Assembly: GCA_964593805.1 (NCBI GenBank)
Contig: CAZQHP010000001.1
Coordinates: forward strand, 517,283 to 581,282
Source: an uncultured Candidatus Saccharibacteria bacterium
Lineage (GTDB): Bacteria > Patescibacteriota > Saccharimonadia > Saccharimonadales > JBBQAJ01
Direction of reading: 5' to 3'
DNA: 64,000 nt
In this document: piece by piece, positions 17,477 to 27,201 of the stretch
Position numbering within the stretch: the stretch's first letter is position 1
Layout: each line of letters starts with the position of its first letter
Notes under the pieces: generated by a model
The model's input: only the letters and a program-made list of their open reading frames with translations
Database searches by the model: none
What the model was told of the DNA's origin: nothing
Position numbers and translations under genes: made by a program

Positions 17477-18922
17477 ATGGGCAAAGCACTATACCGGAAA
17501 CACCGGCCTAAAAAACTATCTGAAATTATCGGCCAACAGCACATCACCGATACGTTAGAACGCGCCCTAAAACAGGGAACTGTTAGCCATGCTTACCTGC
17601 TTACCGGCCCGCGCGGAGTCGGCAAAACCAGTATTGCTAGAATCCTGGCCTACGAAGTCAACGGCCTGCCTTATGACGAAGAAGCTACTCACCTGGACAT
17701 TATAGAAATAGACGCTGCCAGCAACCGCCGGATAGACGAAATCCGCGAGCTCAAAGATCGCGTAAACATTGCGCCCACAAGCGCCAAGTACAAGGTCTAC
17801 ATAATTGACGAAGTCCACATGCTTACCAAAGAGGCTTTTAACGCGCTGCTAAAAACGCTCGAAGAGCCGCCAGAACACGCCATATTTATCCTGGCCACCA
17901 CCGAAGCCCACAAAGTGCCGGCCACCATCACCAGTCGCACCCAGCGTTTTACCCTTAAGCCCATAGAGACCGACAAAGTAGTGTCTCACCTCAAAGAAAT
18001 TGCCCAAGCCGAAAAAATCACGATTGACGGGGCTGCCCTGGAACTCGTAGCCGCTCACGGCGAAGGAAGTTTCCGAGATAGCATCAGCCTGCTAGACCAA
18101 ATAAGGCACGCCAGTGGCCATATTGGACTAAAAGATGTCCAGCAAGCGATTGGACAGGCTCCAGACGAGTTGTTAAATGACTTGCTGAACGCCGTTAGCA
18201 GCCGCGATGTCCAGGCGGTTGGCGCCAGCCTGGCCGCACTGCGCTCGCACGGCGTCCAGGCCGCCCAAATCGCCCACCAACTATCCAAGCTACTGCGCCG
18301 GGGCTTGCTGGACAACGAACTACAGTTGCCGGCCGAGCAAACCCTGCGGCTCCTGGGAGAACTGCTGCACATACCAGCCGCCCATGATCCTGCCGTAGCA
18401 CTTGAGCTGGCTCTTTACAGCACCGCCTTGTCAGACAAACATCATGAGTCCCTAGACATGAGCCCTGAGCAAATGCCCGCAAATCCAAAGAAAAAAGAAG
18501 AAAAGGTCGAAGAGCAAACGCCAGCAAAAAGTCCACCAGAAGATGAAAAGACCCCCGCCTATCACGACTCAACGGGCGTTCTTGATGCCGAGTCTTGGCA
18601 AGAGGTTCTGGCCGCCGTCAAAGCCAAGTACAACACTTTGTATGGTATCGCGCGGATGGCGTCGCCTAGTTTTAGTAAAGACAAACTAACTTTGGCTTTT
18701 GTGTTTGCCTTCCATCAGAAAAAACTGGGTGACAGCAAAAACCGGCAACTGCTGCAAGACATAATTGCCCAGGTCACCGGAGCCAATGTAAGCGTGGAGT
18801 GCGTGCTTGATAAAACGGCCGAACCAGCGCCAGCTATAACCAAACCAGAGATAAAACTAGCCAGTGCCGTCAATCTGGAAACCATAAGCAATATCTTTGG
18901 CGGCGCAGAAATAGTAGAGTAG
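17477..18922 (+). CDS. dnaX: DNA polymerase III subunit gamma/tau
   Basis: 481 aa containing AYLLTGPRGVGKTS (Walker A), IIDEVHML and SRTQRF. Confidence 0.93.
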   Translation: MGKALYRKHRPKKLSEIIGQQHITDTLERALKQGTVSHAYLLTGPRGVGKTSIARILAYEVNGLPYDEEATHLDIIEIDAASNRRIDEIRELKDRVNIAPTSAKYKVYIIDEVHMLTKEAFNALLKTLEEPPEHAIFILATTEAHKVPATITSRTQRFTLKPIETDKVVSHLKEIAQAEKITIDGAALELVAAHGEGSFRDSISLLDQIRHASGHIGLKDVQQAIGQAPDELLNDLLNAVSSRDVQAVGASLAALRSHGVQAAQIAHQLSKLLRRGLLDNELQLPAEQTLRLLGELLHIPAAHDPAVALELALYSTALSDKHHESLDMSPEQMPANPKKKEEKVEEQTPAKSPPEDEKTPAYHDSTGVLDAESWQEVLAAVKAKYNTLYGIARMASPSFSKDKLTLAFVFAFHQKKLGDSKNRQLLQDIIAQVTGANVSVECVLDKTAEPAPAITKPEIKLASAVNLETISNIFGGAEIVE

Positions 18923-18926
18923 TTAG

Positions 18927-20285
18927 ATGGATTCAAAAGCACCGCTGGTGCCGCCCCAAAATACCGATGCCGAGGCCTCGCTGTTAGGCGCCATACTGAT
19001 TGACACCGACGCGCTGGTCAAAATTGCCGATCGTATTGATTCTTATGACTTTTACGATGAAAAACACCGCTACATCTATGAAGCCGTTACCCAGTTGTAC
19101 GACAAGCACAGCCCCATAGACGTTCTGACGCTGTCTGACCAGATGAAAGCCAACACCACGCTGGAAGCCATCGGCGGCTCGTCATATTTGGCGGAACTAA
19201 CCAACTTTGTGCCTACCGCGGCGCATGTGGAGCAATACGCCGAAATCGTGGCCCAAAAGGCCTTGCGCCGGCGGCTTATCAAAGCCGCGCAAGACATCAC
19301 TACCATGGGCTTCAACGAAACAAACCAGCTTCAGGAACTGATTGAAGAGGCCGAAACCCGTTTGTTTGAAGTGAGCCAAAAACACGTCAAACAGGACATT
19401 ACCAGCCTGGAGACAATATTGAGCGAAAGTTTTGAACGGCTGGACGAGCTGCACAAAGACAAGGGCAAAATTCGGGGTATCCCAACTGGCTTCAAAGACA
19501 TGGACAACATTCTGGCCGGTTTGCAAAAATCTGACCTGATTGTTCTGGCGGCGCGGCCATCTATGGGCAAAACCGCTCTGGCGCTCAACCTCGCCCACAA
19601 TGTAGCCGTAGAATCCAAGCAATCAGTTCTGCTGTTTAGCCTGGAAATGAGCAAAGAACAGCTGGTGGACCGCATGCTGGCCAGAGAATCAGGCGTGGAC
19701 GCCTGGGCTCTAAGAACCGGCAACCTCACGGACGCTGATTTTGAAAAAATCGGTCAAGCCATGGGCGCGCTTTCGGAAGCCCCAATCTACATTGATGACA
19801 GCCCGAGCATTACCGTCAGCGAACTTCGCACCAAAGCCCGCCGCGAAGCCCACAACCGCGAACTCGGCCTGATTGTAGTCGATTATCTCCAGCTCATGAG
19901 CGGCGGCGCCAAATTTGGCGGCGACGGCAACCGCGTACAGGAAATCAGCGAAATATCCCGCGGCCTCAAAGGCGTTGCCCGTGAACTGAACGTACCGGTT
20001 TTGGCCCTCAGTCAGCTGAGTCGTTCCGTAGAAAGCCGCAGCCCGCAAATACCGCAGCTAGCCGACCTGCGCGAATCCGGTTCTATTGAGCAAGACGCCG
20101 ACGTAGTCGCCTTCATTTACCGCGAAGATTACTACAACCCGGACACCGATAGGCGCAACATTACGGATATTTTCGTTAAAAAGCATCGTAACGGCCCTAC
20201 CGGGTCGCTAGAATTGTATTTTGACAGAGAAAAACAGCGTTTCCGCACGTTGGACACCAAGCACACCCAGCCGTTTGAAAGCTAA
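18927..20285 (+). CDS. dnaB: Replicative DNA helicase DnaB
   Basis: 452 aa containing PPQNTDAEASLLGAIL, ARPSMGKTALALN and IVVDYLQLM. Confidence 0.95.
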   Translation: MDSKAPLVPPQNTDAEASLLGAILIDTDALVKIADRIDSYDFYDEKHRYIYEAVTQLYDKHSPIDVLTLSDQMKANTTLEAIGGSSYLAELTNFVPTAAHVEQYAEIVAQKALRRRLIKAAQDITTMGFNETNQLQELIEEAETRLFEVSQKHVKQDITSLETILSESFERLDELHKDKGKIRGIPTGFKDMDNILAGLQKSDLIVLAARPSMGKTALALNLAHNVAVESKQSVLLFSLEMSKEQLVDRMLARESGVDAWALRTGNLTDADFEKIGQAMGALSEAPIYIDDSPSITVSELRTKARREAHNRELGLIVVDYLQLMSGGAKFGGDGNRVQEISEISRGLKGVARELNVPVLALSQLSRSVESRSPQIPQLADLRESGSIEQDADVVAFIYREDYYNPDTDRRNITDIFVKKHRNGPTGSLELYFDREKQRFRTLDTKHTQPFES

Positions 20286-20294
20286 TCCAAAAAC

Positions 20295-20357
20295 ACATTG
20301 AATGATTGAGTCATTTTTACATTCATTGAGCATTGACACTTGAACATTGAACATTAG
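20295..20357 (+). repeat. CATTGA-rich intergenic element, copy B
   Basis: cacattgaatgattgag...attcattgagcattgacacttgaacattgaacatta is homologous to 7795-7906. It is followed by the extended -10 TGTATACT. Confidence 0.7.
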
Positions 20358-20382
20358 TTTCCTGTATACTAAACGGTAAGAG

Positions 20383-21585
20383 ATGAAACAATCCGGTAGC
20401 AAATTTAGAGAGTGGGTTTTCATGATGTGGCGGCCTATTTTGGCTTTTTTGGGCGTGGCGCTGGTGGTTAGCTCTATCTTGGGCTTTCGACTGGGAGCCC
20501 TGACACCCGCGGCCAGCGCCCCCGAGCAAAACTACATAGCCAGCGTTAATTCAGGCAAGGAACTGCTGAAACATCCTGTCTATGCGGTCCACAAAGTACC
20601 GGTATACGTGCTTTCTAAACTTCGCGTTAATCGGCTGGCCGCCTACCGGGCAGTCAGCGCGGCGTTCGCCAGCCTGGCGGTTGTGAGCTGTTTTTTTGTC
20701 CTCAGAGAGTGGTACACCAACCGCATCGCCGTCTTAGGCAGCTGGATATTTCTCAGCTCCGCCTGGGTTCTGCATACCGGCCGTCTGGCCACGCCCGAAG
20801 CTTCGTACTTGTTGCTTATGCCACTGCTATGGGCGGTCGTATGGCTGTATAACACCACTTTGCGCAAAACAGCCCTGTTGCTCCTCAGTTTCTTGTGCGC
20901 CGCCAGTTTTTACATCCCGGGCTTTGGCTGGCTGCTTATCATCATAGCCATCTGGCAGCACAAGCGCATCTGGGACGAGCTTAAGTTTGTGCCGTGGTGG
21001 TTTAGGGTCATCTGCGGGATAGTTATCGCGGTTGGGCTGGCGCCGCTGGTGTGGGCGGGGGTAGCGTCTCCGCGCGAACTACTGCTAGCCGGCGGTTTGC
21101 CAGAACATCTGCCCACCCTAAAAAGCCTCGCCCTCAATCTGCTGGGTATACCCGAACAGCTGTTCGCTCGCGGCCCCAACGACCCAGTTCGCTGGTTAGG
21201 CCGCCTGCCACTGCTGGACGTTTTCAGCACCGCCATGCTAGTACTCGGGATTTATAGCATACGCTACCACCTAAAACTCATTAGGATTCAGCTACTTGTA
21301 GGCAGTTCGCTGCTGCTAGCACTGCTTATTACGCTTGGCGGGCCACTGACAATTACCGTACTTATGCCAGCTGTGTATATTTTGATAGCCGGCGGCATGG
21401 CTTTTATGCTCCAGCAGTGGCTGGCGGTTTTTCCGCGCAATCCAATCGCCCGCACTATTGCCACCACTCTGTTGGCTGTCTCCGTGTTGCTCGTATCTTT
21501 TTATCACATAAACCACTATTTCATTGCCTGGCCGCAGGCACCGGCTACAAAAGCCGCTTTCTCTGGTAAAATAGTACAGAAGTAA
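20383..21585 (+). CDS. Polytopic membrane protein, possibly an ArnT/PMT-like (GT-C) glycosyltransferase
   Basis: 400 aa with at least 9 hydrophobic segments. The family assignment is tentative. Confidence 0.5.
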   Translation: MKQSGSKFREWVFMMWRPILAFLGVALVVSSILGFRLGALTPAASAPEQNYIASVNSGKELLKHPVYAVHKVPVYVLSKLRVNRLAAYRAVSAAFASLAVVSCFFVLREWYTNRIAVLGSWIFLSSAWVLHTGRLATPEASYLLLMPLLWAVVWLYNTTLRKTALLLLSFLCAASFYIPGFGWLLIIIAIWQHKRIWDELKFVPWWFRVICGIVIAVGLAPLVWAGVASPRELLLAGGLPEHLPTLKSLALNLLGIPEQLFARGPNDPVRWLGRLPLLDVFSTAMLVLGIYSIRYHLKLIRIQLLVGSSLLLALLITLGGPLTITVLMPAVYILIAGGMAFMLQQWLAVFPRNPIARTIATTLLAVSVLLVSFYHINHYFIAWPQAPATKAAFSGKIVQK

Positions 21586-21602
21586 TAAAGGGGCGAGGGA
21601 CT

Positions 21603-21896
21603 ATGAGTAAATTTGATCAAGCTAAAATGTTATTGAAAGTCAAAAAACTACAGAAAGAACTGCAGAAAATGGTCATAAAAGTAGAGAAGGGCGACGGAGC
21701 TGTCAGCGTGGAAATTACCGGCGAACAAAAAATCAAAAAAGTTCACATTGACCCGGAATACGTAGACCTTGACGATATTGGCCAGCTGGAACGCTGGGTT
21801 GAAGACGCTGTCAAAGAAGCCATCCAGGAAAGCCAAAAAATCGCCGCCGAAAAAATGCAGCCAATGATGGGCGCACTCAGCGAGCTTGGTCTGTAA
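21603..21896 (+). CDS. ybaB: Nucleoid-associated protein YbaB/EbfC
   Basis: 97 aa with a typical YbaB sequence. It sits upstream of recR. Confidence 0.85.
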   Translation: MSKFDQAKMLLKVKKLQKELQKMVIKVEKGDGAVSVEITGEQKIKKVHIDPEYVDLDDIGQLERWVEDAVKEAIQESQKIAAEKMQPMMGALSELGL

Positions 21897-21903
21897 TAAG
21901 CCT

Positions 21904-22509
21904 ATGGGAGTTTTGCCGCCCGCCCTGGAATCTGTGATTGAAGCGCTCGGCGCTTTGCCGGGTGTTGGCTCGCGCACAGCCGAACGCTATGCTTACTATT
22001 TGCTCAAAGCGGATCCGGCAGCGGCCCAGAAGATTGCCAATGACCTTGGTAAACTACACGCCGGCGTTGGATTTTGCCAAAAAACCTTCGCGCTCGTGCC
22101 AAAAGGCCAGAAGTTGTCTGATTTATACACCGACGCGAGACGAGACAAGCAATTAGTCGCTGTAGTCGCGGAGCCGTTCGACATATTGGCACTAGAAAAA
22201 ACCGGGCAGTTCAAAGGCACTTATCACGTCCTGGGCGGCTTGGTGTCTCCCATAGACGGCATTACGCCCGAACAACTTCACGTCAAAGAACTGCTGCAGA
22301 GGATTGACGATGACAAAGTCAAAGAAATCATCTTGGGCACAAATGCCAGCGTAGAAGGCGAATCAACCGCCCTGTACATCCAGCAGCAAATTGGCAGCCG
22401 CAAAGTCAAAATCACGCGTTTGGCGCGCGGCCTGCCAGTTGGAGTAGACCTGGAATATGCAGACCAAATTACGCTCGGCAGAGCCCTGGAAGGCAGGACA
22501 GTCCTATGA
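21904..22509 (+). CDS. recR: Recombination protein RecR (zinc-finger cysteines absent)
   Basis: The HhH motif (LPGVGSRTAERYAYYL) and the Toprim region (VAVVAEPFDILALEKTGQFKGTYHVLGG) are present. Only one Cys sits where CxxC-x8-CxxC is expected. Confidence 0.88.
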   Translation: MGVLPPALESVIEALGALPGVGSRTAERYAYYLLKADPAAAQKIANDLGKLHAGVGFCQKTFALVPKGQKLSDLYTDARRDKQLVAVVAEPFDILALEKTGQFKGTYHVLGGLVSPIDGITPEQLHVKELLQRIDDDKVKEIILGTNASVEGESTALYIQQQIGSRKVKITRLARGLPVGVDLEYADQITLGRALEGRTVL

Positions 22510-23540
22510 GCGCGAGCCAACAGATTAGTGAGATTCTGAACACCGCGCAGAAAATAGTTATTTTGCAAGCCGACAATCCAGACGCCGATAGTTTGGGAAG
22601 TGCTTTGGCACTGGAAGCCATACTGGCAGAACAGGGCAAGGATGTATCTTTGTACTGCGCGGTGGACATGCCCGACTACTTGAAATACCTGGAGGGCTGG
22701 AGCCGGGTAAACAAAGATTTGCCGTCACAATTTGATGCCAGCGTCGTAGTAGACGCTTCTACTTTAGATTTATTTGAACGGCTCAAAGATTCCGGCAATA
22801 CGTCCTGGCTGGCGGCCAAACCGTGCATAGTGCTGGATCACCACGCCGAATCGTCCAACAACATAGACTTCGCGACCGCCACACACAACGATCACGATGC
22901 TTCTTCAACCTGCGAAGTCATTTACGCCATAAGCAAAGAGTTTGGCTGGAAATTGCCCACAGACGCTCTTCCGTATCTTCTTACAGGTATTTTGGGCGAT
23001 ACCCAAGGCTTGTCCAACCAGTTAACGCGCGCTGAAACCTATCACATTGTAGGGGAGCTGGTAGAACAAGGCGTGGATCGGCCGGCTCTGGAAGAGCTGC
23101 GCCGGGCTTCCAGCAAAATGCCGGAATCAGTCTTTCGCTACAAAGCCAAACTGATTGAACGAACGGAGCTTTTCGCCGACGGCCGCTTGGCCATAGTAAC
23201 CATTCCGCAGGATGAAATCATCAGCTACAGCCCGCTGTACAACCCCGGGCCGCTTATTCAGACGGATATGTTGCAGATAGCCGGCGTGCTAGTAGGAGTT
23301 GTCTGCAAAGTCTACGACACCGGCCGCGTCACTGGTATGATCCGCTGCAACCCGCCCGGCGGCATTGGCGGCGACCTAGCGGCAGCGCTAGGCGGCGGTG
23401 GCCACGCCTTCGCAGCTGGTTTCAAAGTCCAAGACGGCCGCCCATTTGCAGAAATAAAAGACGAATGCATAGCCAAGGCCACCGAATTGTTAGACAATTT
23501 GAACAGGAAAGATTTTGATGAAGCTATACAACACGCTTAG
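22506..23540 (+). CDS. nrnA: DHH/DHHA1 phosphoesterase (NrnA-like oligoribonuclease/pAp phosphatase)
   Basis: Contains DNPDADSLGS, VLDHH and GGGGHAFAAG motifs. Confidence 0.8.
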   Translation: MSASQQISEILNTAQKIVILQADNPDADSLGSALALEAILAEQGKDVSLYCAVDMPDYLKYLEGWSRVNKDLPSQFDASVVVDASTLDLFERLKDSGNTSWLAAKPCIVLDHHAESSNNIDFATATHNDHDASSTCEVIYAISKEFGWKLPTDALPYLLTGILGDTQGLSNQLTRAETYHIVGELVEQGVDRPALEELRRASSKMPESVFRYKAKLIERTELFADGRLAIVTIPQDEIISYSPLYNPGPLIQTDMLQIAGVLVGVVCKVYDTGRVTGMIRCNPPGGIGGDLAAALGGGGHAFAAGFKVQDGRPFAEIKDECIAKATELLDNLNRKDFDEAIQHA

Positions 23541-24948
23541 CCGCAAAGTTGAGGAATTTAAACCCGCAAACGGCAAAAGTGCCAGCTTGTATACTTGCGG
23601 GCCAACGGTTTATGACTATTACCATATTGGCAACCTGCGCAACGCTGTTTTCAACGACACCTTGCGGCGCACGCTGGAAGCCAGCGATTACGACGTAAAA
23701 CACGTTATGAACATAACCGACGTGGGACATCTGGTCTCTGATGCCGACGAAGGCGAAGACAAACTAGAAAAAGGCGCCGCGCGCGAGGGCAAAACCGTCT
23801 GGGAAGTGGCAGAACATTATACCGACGCCTTCAAAGCCGACATGGCCGCCATGAACGTCCTGCCGCCAAACGCCTACAAAAACTCCAAACATCACGACAA
23901 CTATGCCAGGGCAACCGATTTTATAGACGAACAGATTGAAATGGTAAAGCTGCTGGTAGACAAAGGCTTTGCTTACCAAACCAAACAAGCGATTTATTTT
24001 GACGTCACCAAACTGCCGGACTACGGCGTGCTGACCGGACAACGCCTGGCGGACAAAGAAGTCGGCGCCCGCCGCGACGTGGTAACCGACCCAGACAAAC
24101 AAAATCCCCACGATTTTGCGGTTTGGTTTTTTGCCGTGGGGCATTTTGCCAACCACACCATGCAGTGGGAGAGCCCGTGGGGCAATGGTTTCCCAGGCTG
24201 GCATTTGGAATGCTCAGCCATCGTTCACGCTACGCTCGGCGACCCCATAGACATCCACACTGGCGGCACAGACCACATTGGCACGCACCACCCCAACGAA
24301 ATGGCCCAAACCGAAGCGGCCTTTGGCCACCCGCTAGCACGCTTTTGGGTGCACAACGAATTTATCCTGGTAGACGGCGCCAAAATGTCCAAATCCAAAC
24401 ACAACAGCTTTACCTTAAAAGACGTCACCGACCGCGGCTTTGACCCGCTGGCTCTCCGACTTTTGTACCTGCAAGCCCACTACCGCACAGAACTAAATTT
24501 CAGCTGGGAAAACCTAGAAGCCGCCCAAAACCGCTTGCAGGAACTGCGAGCCTTAGCGGACTTACGCTGGCAGCCTAAAAAAGAAACTATGCATCTCACT
24601 TATTACGACACGTACACCGAGTCAATATTGGAGCATATTCAGAACGACCTGAACACTCCTATGGTCTTAGCTGTTGTAAGCGGGCTCACGAATGATCTTG
24701 AGGAAGCAGTGCCTCCAGAAAACATCGACGAGTTTATGTCACTACTCCAACTAATTGATGACGTGCTGGGCCTAGAACTCCTTTCTTCAAAGGATCTATC
24801 AAACGTACAAAAAGAGGCTCTGGGTGAACGCCAAAAGGCTAGAGAGGATAAAAACTTCACCGAATCAGATCAATTGCGGGATCAACTTAAAGAGCAGGGA
24901 ATAGGCGTCCGAGACACCGACCAAGGTCAAATCTGGTACAGGCTTTAG
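23518..24948 (+). CDS. cysS: Cysteine--tRNA ligase
   Basis: Contains the HIGN and KMSKS motifs. The ATG at 23518 was preferred over the TTG at 23515. Confidence 0.95.
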   Translation: MKLYNTLSRKVEEFKPANGKSASLYTCGPTVYDYYHIGNLRNAVFNDTLRRTLEASDYDVKHVMNITDVGHLVSDADEGEDKLEKGAAREGKTVWEVAEHYTDAFKADMAAMNVLPPNAYKNSKHHDNYARATDFIDEQIEMVKLLVDKGFAYQTKQAIYFDVTKLPDYGVLTGQRLADKEVGARRDVVTDPDKQNPHDFAVWFFAVGHFANHTMQWESPWGNGFPGWHLECSAIVHATLGDPIDIHTGGTDHIGTHHPNEMAQTEAAFGHPLARFWVHNEFILVDGAKMSKSKHNSFTLKDVTDRGFDPLALRLLYLQAHYRTELNFSWENLEAAQNRLQELRALADLRWQPKKETMHLTYYDTYTESILEHIQNDLNTPMVLAVVSGLTNDLEEAVPPENIDEFMSLLQLIDDVLGLELLSSKDLSNVQKEALGERQKAREDKNFTESDQLRDQLKEQGIGVRDTDQGQIWYRL

Positions 24949-26060
24949 GCTTCGGTGATTGATTGTCTGGCTTCGGCTTTGCTCAGCAGTTTTCGGCTGG
25001 TCAGGTAATCCAGTATCAAAATTCTCACGCAGCCCGCCACGGGGATAGCGACCAGTCCGCCAAATAAACCGCCAAAATTGACCCCGATAATAACAGAGCT
25101 AAACACCAGTAGCGGCGACATATTGGTGGAGTTTGACTGGATTTTGGGCTGCAATACGTAATTTTCAATCTGTTGGTAGGTAATATAGTAGATCAAAACG
25201 CCGATGGCTGAGGCGGGGGAATGGAACAGCGCCACGGTACTGACAATAATTGCGCCGATGGTATGCCCCACCAGCGGAATCAACCCGCAGATAAACACAA
25301 TCACCATCAGGGCAATCGGATAGCTGACCTGGAACGCGAACAGCGGGATCAGAATAAGCAGGGCGGCCAGGGCGGCCAGCGTGACCTGTCCGTTCACAAA
25401 ACCAGTTATGACTTTGTACATATCCCTGGTAAGCCGCTCAAAATGGGGCTGCTTGGCGTCTGGTACAAGCCGTCTAGCAAAAGCCAGCCAGCGCGGGCCT
25501 TCGATCAGCATCATAAAAGTCAGCACCAGCAGTGTCAGCGTAGAAAAAATACTGCTCGTGATGCGCGTAAAAGTAGACACCGCCGCACCGCTGACGTTGC
25601 TCAGGCGATCAGATAGTTCACCCGACAGTTTATCTGTTTGATCCTGCAAATTATATTTGCGCACAAACCGCCCCAAACCGCTGTCTTCACTGCGCACGTC
25701 TTCCACCAAGCCCGGCGCAACTTCTATAAAGTCGCGTGTCTGGCGAATCAGGGGCGGAACAATACTGGCCAAAAAACCCGCCAGCACCACGATGATAATA
25801 AAAAACGACAGGCTCGTGGCCAGCGTCCGATTGCCTTTGCGCTTGCCTGGTATAGCTTCTGCCAGCCACCGGACCGGCCCGTTCAGCGCCAAGGCCAGGA
25901 AAAATGCCGTAAAGATCAAAATCAGCGCGTGAGAAGCTTTTTGCAGGGCGGCCAGGAAAAGAAACGACGCGATTGTCAGCAACAGCACCCGGATGACCGT
26001 GGGGTTAGAGATAGTGATTTCTACTGCGTCTTCTTTGTTTCTGCGCCCAAAGCTAAACAT
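24945..26060 (-). CDS. AI-2E family transporter (PerM-like permease)
   Basis: 371 aa with multiple TM segments and a PerM-like pattern. Confidence 0.7.
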   Translation of the reverse strand: MFSFGRRNKEDAVEITISNPTVIRVLLLTIASFLFLAALQKASHALILIFTAFFLALALNGPVRWLAEAIPGKRKGNRTLATSLSFFIIIVVLAGFLASIVPPLIRQTRDFIEVAPGLVEDVRSEDSGLGRFVRKYNLQDQTDKLSGELSDRLSNVSGAAVSTFTRITSSIFSTLTLLVLTFMMLIEGPRWLAFARRLVPDAKQPHFERLTRDMYKVITGFVNGQVTLAALAALLILIPLFAFQVSYPIALMVIVFICGLIPLVGHTIGAIIVSTVALFHSPASAIGVLIYYITYQQIENYVLQPKIQSNSTNMSPLLVFSSVIIGVNFGGLFGGLVAIPVAGCVRILILDYLTSRKLLSKAEARQSITEA

Positions 26061-26067
26061 GAATTCA

Positions 26068-27201
26068 TTATCTCATTTCTTGCCGTCTTTGCAACAGAGC
26101 TTCCGCGTACAGCTTCATAATTTGCCCGCCAACGATGTCAACATCGTACTGCCTGACCGCGGCCTGCTGCTGGGCGTGCAGCCGTGCCCGCAATTTTTCG
26201 TCTTCCAAAAACGCGCGCAAACGCCTGCCAAAAGCCCTGTTGTCGCGCGGGTTGAACAGGACTTTGGGCCAGGCGGCCAGCACGCTTTGGTAGCCAGGAT
26301 TGTTGCCGCCCAGCACCACCCCCGCGCCGGCCGCCATGGCTTCTATAAGTACAATTCCAAAACTTTCGCCGCCCAGCGACGGAAAAACCGCCAGCTGCGC
26401 CGAAGCTAGCAAATCGCGTTTGTGCCGTTCGTCTATATAGCCAAGAAAAACTACTTGCCGCAGTTTGTGGCGACCAGCGAATTTTTCCAGTTTTTGGCGC
26501 TCCGGGCCATCGCCGGCAATTAGCACCTCCAAATTGTTTCGCAGCGGCTCAGGCAGTTCCAAAACGGCCCACAGAAGCTCTGCGCAGCCTTTGCGCGGAA
26601 CCAGCCGGCCCAAAAAAACAATCCGGCCGGCGTGCGGATGCATCGCGCTGTGCCACGCCGGGGCGTCTATCATGTTTGGTATAACTCTGCTGGCCAGCCC
26701 GTAGTGGGTCTTGGCAAATTTCTGGGCTGGCGCGGACACGCTACATATAGCGTCCAGGCGCCGTAATTGGCGTTTTTGTACCAGCCCTAGCGCCCGGTTG
26801 CCATAGCGCTGCAGGCCGCCAATGGGCAAAATGTGAAACGTCCCGACCACTGCCGTCCCCATAGACGCCAGCCGGATAACTTTGCCCGCCATCAGCGGGC
26901 TGTAGGGCATCTGGATATGCAAAACGTCGTACTTTTCCCGGGCCAGCAGCGTTTTGATAGCCCTGGCGCTGGCCGGAAGGGGCATACTCAAGCGGTTGCC
27001 GTTAAACTTCACGCCGATGTTGCGGCTCAGGCTATGCACGGCCTTGCCGCCGCTGCGGGTTTGCCCTGCCAGAAAGTGGACGGTGTGGCCCTGGCGCACG
27101 AGCCAGGCGCCGAGCGAACGCACGTATTGCTGAACGCCGTCGTTTCTGTCCAGGCTATCATCTAAAACCAACCCGATTTTAAGCTTTGTAGAGTGCTTCA
27201 T
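26068..27201 (-). CDS. Glycosyltransferase family 4
   Basis: 377 aa with a GT-B C-terminal motif (GGESFGIVLIEAMAAGAGVV). Confidence 0.8.
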   Translation of the reverse strand: MKHSTKLKIGLVLDDSLDRNDGVQQYVRSLGAWLVRQGHTVHFLAGQTRSGGKAVHSLSRNIGVKFNGNRLSMPLPASARAIKTLLAREKYDVLHIQMPYSPLMAGKVIRLASMGTAVVGTFHILPIGGLQRYGNRALGLVQKRQLRRLDAICSVSAPAQKFAKTHYGLASRVIPNMIDAPAWHSAMHPHAGRIVFLGRLVPRKGCAELLWAVLELPEPLRNNLEVLIAGDGPERQKLEKFAGRHKLRQVVFLGYIDERHKRDLLASAQLAVFPSLGGESFGIVLIEAMAAGAGVVLGGNNPGYQSVLAAWPKVLFNPRDNRAFGRRLRAFLEDEKLRARLHAQQQAAVRQYDVDIVGGQIMKLYAEALLQRRQEMR

